From Eukaryota sp. GEM-RC1 (Eukaryota): a DNA stretch of 64,000 nt. A model generated the notes under the pieces. That model did no database searches. It was not told where the DNA came from and saw only the letters and a list, made by a program, of their open reading frames with translations. A program made the translations under genes and the position numbers. Shown here piece after piece: positions 51,286-63,723 of this stretch; within the stretch, counting starts at the first letter, position 1, and each line of letters begins with the position of its first letter. Location of the stretch: NCBI GenBank assembly GCA_040285855.1, contig JAUFOQ010000010.1, positions 1,798,001 through 1,862,000 of the forward strand. Direction: 5' to 3'.

Positions 51286-51768
51286 ATGACAAACATCTGC
51301 TACTTTTGGAAGACTCATCATCCCTTTTCACAATGGCATCCTTCAGTTTTCACTGTTGATGGAGTGCAGTACAACTGTTGTGAACAGTATATGATGGCTC
51401 GAAAAGCTCTTCTCTTCAATGACCAGACAACTTACAACAAAATCATGTCTGCTTCTTCACCTGCTCGCCAGAAGGCTTTGGGGCGTAAGGTGTCACCGTA
51501 TGATGATCAGACATGGGTAAAACATCGTGAACAAATCATCTTTGACGGTAACTATGCAAAGTTTTCTCAAAACGAGGAACTGAAGAAGTTCATTCTGGAT
51601 ACAGGTGATTCAACTATTGCTGAAGCTTCCCCATATGATAAGATTTATGGTATTGGTTTAACGGAAGAACAGGCACTCACTGGTCAGAAATGGCAAGGAT
51701 TGAATTTACTTGGTGTTTGCTTAGAGAACGTAAGACAAAAACTACGAAATGAATCTTTAACTGCATAA
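51286..51768 (+). CDS. NADAR (YbiA-like) family N-glycosidase / ADP-ribosylhydrolase
   Basis: FSQWHPSVFTVDGVQYNCCEQYMMARKALLF, KALGRKV, AKFSQNEELK, EASPYDKIYGIG, GLNLLG. Confidence 0.92.
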   Translation: MTNICYFWKTHHPFSQWHPSVFTVDGVQYNCCEQYMMARKALLFNDQTTYNKIMSASSPARQKALGRKVSPYDDQTWVKHREQIIFDGNYAKFSQNEELKKFILDTGDSTIAEASPYDKIYGIGLTEEQALTGQKWQGLNLLGVCLENVRQKLRNESLTA

Positions 51769-52008
51769 AGGCTCTGCTGTATGGCTGCTTCACATCCTTA
51801 AGAGTCTTCAAATTATTGTGGACACCTCAAACATTCATCATTGACAATCTTTTTTGAGATATGGCATTGCTGTATCATCAATAGATCGCCACTCAGTAAT
51901 GTACTCGGAGTAAGTCATACTATGTAAGGGATGAACATAAGAGTAGACTTGATAAATATTCTTTCTTAAACTTCTAGTTCTGTTTTTCTACATTTATTTC
52001 TACAACCC

Positions 52009-52453
52009 TTAATGATACAATCCCATCTGAACACCTTTCAGCTTGTACCCACACTTTTCATAGAACTTTACATTGACTTCATCACAGTCAAGTATCGTTT
52101 TGTATGCCCCATTGGCTTTTGAAAGGGATGACAAGTGCTTGATCAGACGTAGTCCTAAACCTTTCCCCCCTGTACTTTGAACTAGTGACCACATCCTCTA
52201 TATGTCCAACCTTCCCACATGAATGTATGAACTTTTCTTCTACAAGAAGGGTCGCACATCCCGCTATTCTGTGGTTCTTGGTATCCTCAATGACGTAGAT
52301 GAAGGTGTTGGGAGAAAGAGAGCTGAATCGTTTCTCAAACTTCTCAAATGACACGTCACCAACTGTTGTCAGTTCAGATAGGACTTCAAGGAAACCACAG
52401 TGAAAGTCATTAAGCTGAAGTTTGCGTAGCTTAAGAGTCTCTTCGGTTGCCAT
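52009..52453 (-). CDS. GNA1: Glucosamine-6-phosphate N-acetyltransferase (apparent +1 error in the homopolymer at 52165-52170)
   Basis: LLVEEKFIHSCGKVGHIEDVV, YRGKGLG after removing one G, YKTILDC..NVKFYEKCG. Confidence 0.9.
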
Positions 52454-54323
52454 AAGTGGGGGAAAGGGAATCTATGAGGTCAAGAGAGGTCAAGAGCAAG
52501 TTGGTAGGTATCTTTTGTTCGAAGTCAAAGGTTGGCAATCACTAAGATTTGAGACACGTATCACGTTGTCTTTCTTCTTGTGTTTGTATGATTGTATTCA
52601 ACTACTTTTTGTAAAATCTTCAGTGTAATCACTTTTTATTTTTGAATCACGTCATCAATCAAATTTGTCATCTTTCAAGCTTTGATTGAATAAATTTATT
52701 TTGTTTGTGAAGAACTTGTTGATTTAGTAGATCTTTTACAGCACCACCACGTGTTTTCATTGTTGTTGTGTTTGTACTACAAACTTTGTAGTGCAATTTC
52801 TTCTTTCAACTAGTGGGGAAAGGAAATTCATTACTCGAAATTTCCCATTGTTTCCAAAGTAACCAGTACAATGTTGGATGTCTTAGTAAAGCTAATACCT
52901 AGAGAATCAGCCGAAAATAGGGTTAGGGAAGTATCCCACCAACATTTGTCCTTTTATAAAATCTTTAATCGAATCAGTTGGAGAAACCTGCCATGCATTC
53001 ACTAGCATTTTTGTAACTGACGAACAGCAGTAATACATCATCGGTAGATGATGTTTATCATCTCTTATCAACTGTGGTAAATTCTAGGATACCATTAGCA
53101 TGTCTAGATTGGTTTTCTTCTGTTTTGTGTTTGGATCGAAACTGTCATATATACCATATATTTTAAGATGCAACAGATTAAGCAGATATCAGATATTGTG
53201 TAACACATCATCAAACTTGTAAATAAGTAGTAAGACCATCGTAACTGACAGCTGTTTCAACGTTCACCTTTTCTCGCCTCGTTTTCATCACCAAGGTCTT
53301 TCAAAGTTATACATCAACACATTTCTTGGAATTCTATATTTTCTTCATCTAAATCACTCAGTAAACAGTGTAATTAGGGTGGACCACACTAATTCTATAC
53401 AAATTTTTCAGTATCGAAAATTAGAATTAGTGTGGTCCATACTAATTGTTAACCTTACTGATTCTAATTCTTGTTTATTAGAGTGGTTCACAGTAAATTC
53501 AGATATTGAAAATTAATGCAGTTCATTAAAAATCAATTTATTGAGCTATAAAACAATCTACTCGTCAATATCATCATTATTTTGTTCTTCATCATCACTG
53601 ATAGGCCAAGTATCTGGTTTCAATCCCATATCGGTTTTCATCTTAATGAAGAACTGGTTCAACAAATACAGATCAGCTTCATCTTCTCTTTGATTTTGGA
53701 TGTTACTTCTTCCGCATGCCTACAGGTCCTCGATAATAGAATCAACGTAACGTAGTTACTATAAAGTTTCTGAAGCAATTTCAAAATATTTTAAATTTCG
53801 CAATAATGGTCTCAAAATCTCATGAAGACACTTTTGGAACCAATCAACTACGAATATCCACATATCCAAACAATTTCGATTTGTGCCATTTTTGAACGGA
53901 ATAAAAACAACGATGATAACAACGCAAAACAAATGAAAAATGGTCCAGAAATTGCCGTTTTACATCTTTCTTTGTTTCGATACATGACATCACTTAAAGT
54001 TTCTAAATCGGAGTGACAATCATACATTAAAATCTATCAAATATGGTTGAACTGAGAGAACTCTCTCAATCACGACAAACTTTGTTGGTTTTTGTGCTTC
54101 AAGTTTCCGTTTTCGAGCTCGCACCTCTGATGTTGCTGATTCAACAGAAACTGGGCACTTGGAGGATCATATTGTCAATGTATTTTCAAAGAAAGTGTTA
54201 CGAATCATATTCCATCTTATAGAATAGAACTCAAAGAAGAAATGTAAACAATTTTATAGTATCAGAAGCTGTACATATGAACTAAGTAAATAATGGATCA
54301 ATGATCCTGTGTACGAGGAGCAA

Positions 54324-54935
54324 CTAGTATCGTCTGCAAATGACACCAGGGGGCTTGAGGAAATGGTTACGGTCAAAGACTCGTTTTTCGAAAGAAGTGA
54401 CGTCCCCACTAATGCTATGTGAATCATCTTCGTTAATACCACCAAAAGCTACCAGGACGCTGTCTTTAGCGTAGAACAACTGAGCGCCTTCAGGCCCTTT
54501 CTTGTTTACCCAGACTTCAACTTCGGACTCTTTGTACTTGATAGTACCGTTCAGAGAGAGGGTAGAGAAGTAAAGGTTGGAGATGGGGAACAGAAGACCA
54601 TCGATGAGACACATTCGTTTTCCTTCAATATCCATCACTGTTTCCATTACACCATTAGGAACGCCTAGTTTGTGGATGTATGATGTATATACCGAACTTC
54701 CATACATGTCAGCCTCCATCCGAGCACGACCAAATCCATCTAGGTTTTGATCGACATCGATCAGAACGTTTACGTCATCGTCATCACTATGGAACTGTAA
54801 AGTAAAGCTTGAGTGCATATCAGCAGACCTAAGTAAAGGAGAAGATGTTTCATGAAGTGAGATTAATTGTAGAATCAAATTAGATGGAACCTCTCCAGCA
54901 GTTGTTTTACACTGTGTAGAAACCAACATTGGCAT
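54324..54935 (-). CDS. Hypothetical protein (~200 aa)
   Basis: Clean ORF with gene-like composition; start uncertain; no family recognised. Confidence 0.6.
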   Translation of the reverse strand: MPMLVSTQCKTTAGEVPSNLILQLISLHETSSPLLRSADMHSSFTLQFHSDDDDVNVLIDVDQNLDGFGRARMEADMYGSSVYTSYIHKLGVPNGVMETVMDIEGKRMCLIDGLLFPISNLYFSTLSLNGTIKYKESEVEVWVNKKGPEGAQLFYAKDSVLVAFGGINEDDSHSISGDVTSFEKRVFDRNHFLKPPGVICRRY

Positions 54936-55489
54936 TTACTTACTCAAAAACGAATACAAATGTAGTTCTTGTTCATTGTTATTTCCTTCATTGTTAAAAT
55001 GATCAAACTGCATCCTTTAAATCAAGGCCATTTTACAACTGGCAGTATGCTCATGTCAAGGATATTTGTTGTAGTACTCCAACTCATCAAAACATGTAGG
55101 GGTGTGACGATGTCTATTTGATGAACACTAATTAAGTCAGCCGAATGTTTGTTGGTATTCATACTATTAGTACCTTTCAAGAATAATAAAAAAAGAAGTA
55201 TCAGAATGGAACGTCTTCAATTACTGTAAACTTCTTGTCCTTTTTTCAATGATTTCCTTCTTTTGAGTTTTTTGTTATTCATCATCGATAAACCATGACA
55301 AGTACCAGCAGCAAATTGTTCCAGTCCATAAAACTTGAATTCTTAAAAACCAGACAATAGAAAAGTATTCCTTTAAAATCTTTACTGTTTCACTCGTTGT
55401 GTGTGCTTAAACATTACAAGAAGCATTTGAAGGCATTTGAAAACCTGGATTTTGAAAATCGTTTTTGTGTTACTAAAATTCATAATCCC

Positions 55490-56030
55490 GTTATTGTTGC
55501 TTTCTGAAATGATATTCAGAATTCAACTTGTTTGATCACTCAATGACCATGACCTTTTGGTTTGCATCAATTTGTCTGATGAGGCTTGGAAATTAAATAT
55601 GCGCTTAAGTTTGGGTTTGCTTCCGGTTGACTTGCTCGACAATTCTGATTGTGTATGTAGTCATCATCGCAATACAACGTTTTGACATGTAATTAATTCC
55701 CTGAAATTACATTTCGAATATTTTTTGGTTCATGGATTTCATGCCAAAGTTGAAGGCATATTTAATAAGTTTGATCTTAATTTAATTCTCGTCGAGGTGA
55801 CTTACACAGCTCTTTTATTGATTCTAGTCAAATTATCTTTAGTGTTACAGTTATCCATGAGCTCAAACTGATGTAAACATCATAACTTCAAAAAGTTTCC
55901 ACCACCTAGAAACATCCGATAAAACGTATAATTGATTTGTATTCCAACGATGTTGCTAAGCTCAATCAAAATTTGTATTCGAAGTTTGTACTTGTTCCAT
56001 TTGCTATTCCTATTTTCGGTAGCATTGGTG
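55490..56030 (+). mobile_element. RLE non-LTR retrotransposon remnant
   Basis: Reverse-complement homolog of 9150-9650 (RRGDL, IIFSVTV, AKLNQNLYSKFVLVPFAI). Confidence 0.6.
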
Positions 56031-56055
56031 ACAATGATTTATAAAAAATGAACAA

Positions 56056-57783
56056 CTAAAAAGCCTCTACATTCCATCTAAACTCTTTCTTTGCATTAGT
56101 TACAACAACTTCTGGATCAATTCCACTGCCTTCACAAATCTCCACAAATATTTTCTCAATCTTAGCAGGAATTCCCATTGCAGGACCACAATAGAAGTAA
56201 CAAAAGTTAGGATCTTTCAAGTACTTTGCTGGAGTAACACGATCCTGGTCAAGCAAAGTCAAGGGAGTTATGAACTCTTTTTGATCATGGGAAAACGCTA
56301 CCTTCAAGTCAGTGATTGCACCGGACTTTACCCAATTTTCAATAGAATTTCTAAAAATGTAATCTTTTGACTCGTGTCTACATCCATAGAACAACATACA
56401 GTCTCCTAATTTCTTTCCAGACTTAATCAAACGATCACGTTCCTCCAAATGAGCTAACAAAGGAGCCAATCCGACTCCCAATCCAAACAGAATCACTGGA
56501 CTGGAATGATCACGTGGAAACTTGAGAGTTCCAGGATTAAACGAAACTGCCACGTGGCATGGCGTGGATGGCTTCTCTTGCAGTTGGTTATATACTCTAG
56601 CCATAGTACCAGTAGCAGATCCTTCAATCACCTTCCCTGTTCTGGTAGTATAGCTCATCATAACCACTACCAAGTGAACTTCGTTCTTATGGACATTAGG
56701 AGACGAAGCCACAGAGTAGAGTCTTCCTTTGCTGGCGGGAAGGATGGTAATGATCATATCTGGAGAGAGATTTAGAGAGGGAAACTCGGTAAAGAGATCG
56801 AAAACTCTGTTGCCATCATCACACCAGGATTTAAGATCAGCAGCTCCATCCTTAGTACCCCACAATTTGAGACGTTCTTGGTCTTTGCCTTGAGCAAACC
56901 ATGAGATCTCAGAGCAGAGACGTTTGGTGGGAATAGCAGTGAGACCGAGATGTTCACTCACGAACTGTCTCCAAGTGATTCTTGGGGGATATGATCTGGT
57001 GCCACTGATAGAGAGGATAGTGATGAGATCATCGGGATTAAGACCAAGACGTTCAAGAAACTTGTCAACTAGAGCAGGATCGTTGATAGGTTGGAAGGAG
57101 AGCGCATCGCCAATGTTGTAGCGGAGGTTGGTTTGTAGTTTTACATGAAAAATAGGTCTGGAATAGTCCGCAGGAGTCAACATATCAATTGACTTCACAA
57201 GACTTCTAACTGTTCCTGAAGGCGGAGGAGGAATTGACGACATTTCGCCAATGGCTTCAACGTAGCGGTACTTGGCCTTTGGGGGTTGAGCAACAACATC
57301 GGCTGGAGGTCCAACAAATTTGGGTAATTCTGCCACAAGATCTTCAGCGAAGGAGTCCAAATTCTCTTGGATTGCACCGGGTTTGCTACTATCGACGGTA
57401 ACTACTGGTAGAATGCGATTACCACCAAGAGAACCGAGACTAGAGTCCAAATCGATTCCGGCTCTGCAAAAGTTGGGAAAGTTCGTTGATCCTAGGCCAA
57501 ACACGGCGTAGTTCAGATGGGAGAGGAGTCCTTCCTGATGAGAAGCTTGGCAGAGATATGTCCACAATTCCTGGGCAGATTCAGGAAATTCTCCCTCACC
57601 GTAGGTTGCAGTGATAAAGACAATCATAGAACTGGTTGTAAGTTCATAACTGGCGTCAAAATCTTCAGCATTAACAACATTGGTACGGAAACCTTGGGAT
57701 TTAAGTTCTGTGTCAAGAGTAATAGCACACTCCTCGGAGTTACCAGTAGTTGTGGCGAAGACTATAAGAAGTTCAGTAGACAT
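56056..57783 (-). CDS. Soluble diflavin (FMN/FAD) NAD(P)H oxidoreductase, CPR/CysJ/NDOR1 family
   Basis: Flavodoxin motifs ATTTGNSE, TATYGEGEFP and YAVFGLGSTNFPNFC; FAD motif RLYSVASSP; GVGLAP, FYGCR, AFSH and YYCG NAD(P) domain. Confidence 0.92.
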   Translation of the reverse strand: MSTELLIVFATTTGNSEECAITLDTELKSQGFRTNVVNAEDFDASYELTTSSMIVFITATYGEGEFPESAQELWTYLCQASHQEGLLSHLNYAVFGLGSTNFPNFCRAGIDLDSSLGSLGGNRILPVVTVDSSKPGAIQENLDSFAEDLVAELPKFVGPPADVVAQPPKAKYRYVEAIGEMSSIPPPPSGTVRSLVKSIDMLTPADYSRPIFHVKLQTNLRYNIGDALSFQPINDPALVDKFLERLGLNPDDLITILSISGTRSYPPRITWRQFVSEHLGLTAIPTKRLCSEISWFAQGKDQERLKLWGTKDGAADLKSWCDDGNRVFDLFTEFPSLNLSPDMIITILPASKGRLYSVASSPNVHKNEVHLVVVMMSYTTRTGKVIEGSATGTMARVYNQLQEKPSTPCHVAVSFNPGTLKFPRDHSSPVILFGLGVGLAPLLAHLEERDRLIKSGKKLGDCMLFYGCRHESKDYIFRNSIENWVKSGAITDLKVAFSHDQKEFITPLTLLDQDRVTPAKYLKDPNFCYFYCGPAMGIPAKIEKIFVEICEGSGIDPEVVVTNAKKEFRWNVEAF

Positions 57784-58819
57784 TTCGACAGGAAAACTTG
57801 CCTAAACAGGAAACAAACGCGAGTTTTCACTTGACCAATTACTGTACTTGTTAGTTTAGTGTAATTGCAACTAATGATTGTATTGTTTCACTTTGGTATG
57901 TCATTAGTCCAGTTTAGTTTGACATTAGCGGGTAACTTTTGCCCACCCTAACTAGCAGAAATAGTTCAGTCTTTTATGGAACAAGAACACTAACTATAAG
58001 TGCCAAAAGCAAATTGGATTCTTACATTTTCCCTATATTGTACTTGCAACAACTTCTTTCTACACAATAACAGTATCACACATATGGTCAAACCCTTGAA
58101 CTACTGATAAACTACAACTTATCAACACCATAAAATCAAATGTATTACCAAGATATACTTCTTGTTCAGTACAGCAAGGCGATAAAGTTACCACTCTTGT
58201 ACTGCTTTTGGGTGTATACAAGCGTTACCACTTGTTATTCTTCGTTGGTACTAGCAATTAATTACAGAGATTGCGGTAGTTCAGGCAACAATAAAGTAAT
58301 TATAGTAATTAGTACAGAAATTTCGAACATCAACTATTGAAAAAATGATTGAAATCAAGTCGTTTTTAGTGACCTTGCAGTAACTAATGTAATGTAAGGT
58401 ACATTTTAAGGTCAATATTGAGGTACTGATTTTCATTTAATTAAATTTACTTTATTTTACTTTTCATAGAAAAGGCAGATGATGAGTACTATTATTTCCA
58501 CTAGTGTTCTTGTAACCATAATTCCCATCAACAATTGTCCACATTGTATATAAACAGTGCACAAAAAAAGTTTATTGATGGAGGATACAAAAATACTTAG
58601 CAATTGTAAGCAAGTAATTTACTAATTTTGTTATCATAAAGAACAAACTTATGATCTTTCTTTTATTGAAAGGTGCAAATGGTCACTTTATCACGAACCA
58701 ATTAATTGCCCAATTAATTGTAGTCACATGTGATAATTGCAATAATCCATTGCCTCTGAAAAACTGAGAACAATTAATTGGCGATGCAATTTTGTTCAAC
58801 TCCTGTTTATCATAGTAAA

Positions 58820-60900
58820 AGCTATGAAGCACTGGACACCCAAAATTCCTGGTCAGCAGTACCACAGTTTTATTACACATCTTTGTGAAAATTGATTTAA
58901 AAATCTGAGGCATAGAACGGAACAAAAACAGAAATCAAACGGTTATGCCAATTTGATAAGTTAAATCTCTTATTCTGAGACTTACACATAGATCCAAAAT
59001 TAGTTAAAAACTTAGAAGCCATTTCACATATACAGTCAAAACTGTCTATAGCGTGAAACTCTATATAGCGTAAAACTCTATATAGCGTGCACTTTTCACG
59101 GTCCGACATTTTCCTCTCCTTTTTCCCATATGACATCCTGTCTGTCGCCTCTATCAGTAGTTCTCTTTGGTAATAAACTGTCGTATTGCTGGCGTTCATT
59201 CTGATAACATCTTTTGATCAGCAACTTGAAGGTGTATTACCTTCTTTCTTGACTTCACATATACCGGACATATTTCCTTTGATACCCCTGACATCCCCGT
59301 CTTAGCTGCCCCGTCAACATCATCCCTTTCACATCTTGCTCATTTCAGATTATCTTTGCTGTTACAGCTTTCAACAGATGTAACTCCTCCATCAAAACCC
59401 TGTAGGATGTTGATTGACGTACCACAAGAACTTTTTTATCTAGCAACCCTCCATACTCTCCAAAAGAGTTCCCTAAAAGAGCATAACACATGGTCTAAAC
59501 CAATGCTATAACGTAGACGTAGACGGAAGATATATTTATGATAAACAACCTTATTGAATCGTGTTTATGGGGAGAACCAACAAGAAACTATACAGAACTA
59601 CCATGAAGCCAAAGAACGAGCCCAAATTGATAGGGAAATAGAAGGAGCGATGGAAGAATGTAGATCCGTTCTCATAGTCTCTGGAGATTCATCACTCATC
59701 TACTCAGAGAAGAGGGTGATACAAGGGATACAACTGGTTGCTTGGAAGAAGAATCATGTCTTCATAGGTTTAAGCGAGATGATCATGTCTCTTCTTCACT
59801 CTTTCATGTCCAAATAGGATCAGAATGAAGTTACTCCTCCAGAACTTCCATATCTGGATGATTTCTTGAATTCCGTTCAAAATATTTACCACCCAGATTC
59901 TAGTCTTGTCCATTCTTCCTTCTCCATCCCATGTAGTTATGTCCACGATATGGATATCTGGATGACCCATACTTTGTTCTTTCTAGATCTTCTTGAAACA
60001 AACACTCATTGTTGAGATTGGAGCTGCACAGTGCGTTTATTCTATATAGCGTGAAACTCTATATAGCGTAGGTATAGTACATATAGTCCCGCTATAAACA
60101 GTGTTGACTGTACTACCAAGTATAGAAATAGCCAATGGAACAACTATATATTTGGAATATACATTTTGATTGAGTTTAGCAACATCTTTGAAATTCAAAT
60201 CAATTTTGCGTTATTCAGCTGTCTCTAGGGGATTGAAACCTTTTGAATTTAAGCCATTAACATAAGTTTGAGCAGATGGATCTACTATTGTAACATCAAG
60301 GATAATGTGACTAGAATCAATAATAGGACCATGTAAGTCACCTCGACGAGAATTATAAATTAAATCAAGACCCAACATACTAAATAAAGATTGAACTTTG
60401 GTATGAAATCCATGAGCTTTAAACATTTCAAATATTTTAAATTTTAGTAACACTAAACGCTTTTCAAATTACAGGTTTTCAAATGCTTATTTTGAAGTTT
60501 GATCACACATAAAGGGAGATACTATGGTAAATGAGAAGGAAAACAGCTGTTCCAAATATCCAAATACAAATTGTCATTAACTGAGACGAACTTAGCCAAG
60601 GAGTTGAATGAATGAGATTCCCATATAACAAAAAAACCGTATGTGGATTTAAATTCAAATAGAAAATTCTTCTTCCACCAATAAACGCACTTTTAGTTAA
60701 GTATGAAACTCGTGTAAAGCCCACACCGTCAAAATTAGCCGATGAAAATACGTGATAAGGCAATTTCTAACTTAGTTCTCAAAGAATTAAATGTTCTGGC
60801 TAAATCAATAGTAAGTTCAGCATTGATTGAGCGCAAAAAGTGATTGATTTTGGACGAAATTTTTTTACTGTAAAACATTGTCATTTAAACTGATACTCAA
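58820..60900 (-). mobile_element. RLE non-LTR remnant, split by the 59033-60110 element
   Basis: RT-thumb-like DGVGFTRVSYLTKSAFIGG; RRGDLHGP..IILDVTIVDP; 3' part at 58820-59030. Confidence 0.65.
59033..60110. mobile_element. Non-autonomous TA-targeting (pogo/Tc1-like) element
   Basis: TIR CAGTCAAAACTGTCTATAGCG / CAGTCAACACTGTTTATAGCG; TA flanks; TCTATATAGCGT subterminal repeats. Confidence 0.85.
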
Positions 60901-61684
60901 CACGGTTGATTTGAAGTTCATTTTGAACTTCCACAAGTTTTCAATGGATGAGTGTGAGACGGTAGAACTTAAGTTACCCCAAGATTTTGTTCTCCAGATT
61001 TTGTTTTAGCAGTCCTTTATATGATTCCACCACTTTTAACTTAAATTTGGTGGAATTATAGTCAAGTTTGAAGTATTGTTTTGACCCAAAACATAGGAGC
61101 AGACGAGACATTCAATGAGCTTATTGAATGAATTCTTGTTAGATGTAGAGCATCTGATATCCTTTAGTAGTATATTTTGGCACATAGCATATAAATATGT
61201 TTTCAGTTCTTCATAATGCTGTCAGAGATGTTACATTTGAAATGTTTAAAGGTCATGGATTTCTCGTCAAAAGGGAAGAAATATGCTCACCAATTTTCAG
61301 TTCACCAATCTGTTTAAGCTTTGCGGAAATTTTTTCCAATAACAGTGAATGTCAATGGAAAAAAGACAATTATGTAATTTACATTGAATCACAAAATCGT
61401 ATTAATATTTCTTTAAATATTTTTTAACGTCCCTATACATGTAATATTTGGCATCGATCATGTTAAAAGTGGATTTCATTTTGAAGGAGTCAGGATAGTC
61501 AAGGATTGTGGGTTTGGACACACTACAAGAAAGAGACGGGTCTAAACTTCAGACTCTGAAGGCTTTTTGTTGTGAAAAAGTCTGTGAGGTAACTCTGTTC
61601 TGAAAAGATTGACTTTGGAAGCAGATTTTGCACATCCACACTCTCTGTTGTGCTTCATGTACATGTAATTTCCCTATTCATTAT

Positions 61685-62851
61685 ATGGACTTGTTTTCAC
61701 CTAACTTAAACCATCTGGAACCTATTGATGACTTTGACAACATCGAGCATATGCTTGACTGCGAGATGTCAAGTGACGCTATGATGGCTCTCCCATCTTC
61801 ACATGTTCATAATCCCTCTTCCACGGAAATAATTCAACAACTACACACTTCTAATATAATTCTCCTTGAACGATCTAATGTTATTCTTCGACTCGCTGAA
61901 AACTGGCTTTCTAGACAGAGAACTCTAATCCATGAATGTTTCCCACAGAAACGCTCTGAACTCGCTCCAATTTCATCAAAGTCTGACTCAAACTACACAA
62001 ATCCTTGGGCTATTTCATCTGGTGTGTTTTCACTAATACAACAACGCAACTATAAATGGACAAAAGACCGCTTGAAAAAGCTTCAGACCCTTGTAAAGTA
62101 CCATCTCCATCTTGCATACTCTCTTCATTGCTATAACAACAAAGTACAACACACTCCCCAGTTCGATGTCTCTATCTTTTTAGACTCAATTGACTGGGAT
62201 GAAATAACGACTGCTATTTGCCCTATCTACATGTCTCCTGATGTTGTTCGTTCAGTCTATCTCCATCACTTTTCTTCTTTTTCTAATAGTCCAATGTCTC
62301 CAAGTGATCTCACCCTCCTCCAGTCTCTTGTCCCTCCATCAGGTTCTCCTCCTCAAGTACTAGATTGGTCAGTCATAACTCAACAATACAACCTCCAAAC
62401 TTCTCAATCCTTCCCAATCCTTCCCTCCCGTTCCACTTCCTCTCTCTTCTCTCACTACATGAAGAAGATCGTAACCCCATCATACTCCTTTAACTACCCT
62501 TTAGCTCTCTCTTATCTAGAACACAATCCCAATGCTCTCCGTGCTGCTTGTGCTGTTGGTGGGATACCAGAACCCTCGATAAAGACTCTTCAAGAGAGAT
62601 ATCTAAGGAAAGTTAGGAAGGCTATTAGAGTTGGTGGTTGGACTCTGAATGATGATTTGAAGTTGATATTGGCTATGGGAATGTATAAGAATTATCATCA
62701 GAAGGATCACTGCTTACGTGTCATGATGTGTTCTCAAGCCGTACATGTGAAAACACCAGTGTATAGGCTGGTTGCTCAACATTTTACTGGGAAAGATAAG
62801 GGAGCTATTGTTAACAGAACTCGACAATTGAAGGGAAGGGGAAAAGCTTAG
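61685..62851 (+). CDS. Divergent Myb-repeat protein, SNAPC4/SNAP190-like
   Basis: KWTKDRLKKL, IDWDEIT, LDWSVIT..RSTSSLFSHY, GGWTLNDDLKLILAMGMY; repeat arrangement resembles SNAP190. Confidence 0.6.
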   Translation: MDLFSPNLNHLEPIDDFDNIEHMLDCEMSSDAMMALPSSHVHNPSSTEIIQQLHTSNIILLERSNVILRLAENWLSRQRTLIHECFPQKRSELAPISSKSDSNYTNPWAISSGVFSLIQQRNYKWTKDRLKKLQTLVKYHLHLAYSLHCYNNKVQHTPQFDVSIFLDSIDWDEITTAICPIYMSPDVVRSVYLHHFSSFSNSPMSPSDLTLLQSLVPPSGSPPQVLDWSVITQQYNLQTSQSFPILPSRSTSSLFSHYMKKIVTPSYSFNYPLALSYLEHNPNALRAACAVGGIPEPSIKTLQERYLRKVRKAIRVGGWTLNDDLKLILAMGMYKNYHQKDHCLRVMMCSQAVHVKTPVYRLVAQHFTGKDKGAIVNRTRQLKGRGKA

Positions 62852-63723
62852 TTTTAAAATGTCGGATATATTCAATTTTGTCTGTTATATTTAACTTTCA
62901 TGAAGAAGTACATAGTAGTACTTATTGACAATTTAATTTTTGGTATTAATTTGTTTCAGCAACTGTTTTGACTAATTCTTCATTTTTGATGATTTCAACT
63001 TGTATACAGAACTTCAGCTTAATGTAGATCTACTGCTGTATTTCATGATTGTTTTATCTTTTTCGTTCATTTCACTTTTAGATTCAGTTCAGAATTAATA
63101 ATCGCACGACCAAAACTCATTTAAAAATAGACATAAAATTGGAATAATTTAATAATTTACTCTATTAAAGTACGACTTGATGTGATTACAAATAATTACA
63201 ATATAAGCATCAAAATGCTGCTGAGCAAAAGTATAAAACAACAACAAATGAGACACACTCATAGAAGGAATTGTTAAAAAGAAGAACCGTTTTTCTTTTT
63301 TAAAAATGGTACATAGACTATGAAATTGGAATGGTTTGAGTATTTACTGCATGTACTACAAAATAACGAATGTCCTTAAAACTATTCCAATGTCGATGTC
63401 AAGAATCCATGTTCTTTATCAAAAGTTCAACAATACATAACCAAAGACCTCTCCGGAAGTCCCACTCAAAAATCTACCATTACGTGGGGAATCAACTCTA
63501 CTAAATTACTGAAAATCAAATCATACATTTATTCAAGAATAAATTACATTTGGTTTCAAAAAAAGGATGATAATAAAACAAAAATCGAAGCATATACAAG
63601 TCAATCAAAAAGATCTAAATCCAAGTCCAATATACAAATATAGTATACAACTATAACTAACTAAGGAAACAAACACAACATTCAAAAAAACAACCTAAAC
63701 CCCAATACAAATCAATGATGACG

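Noticed and set aside
53370..53447. Inverted repeat around TGGACCACACTAATTCTA
   Set aside because: Probably one end of a decayed TIR element; no partner end or TSD found.
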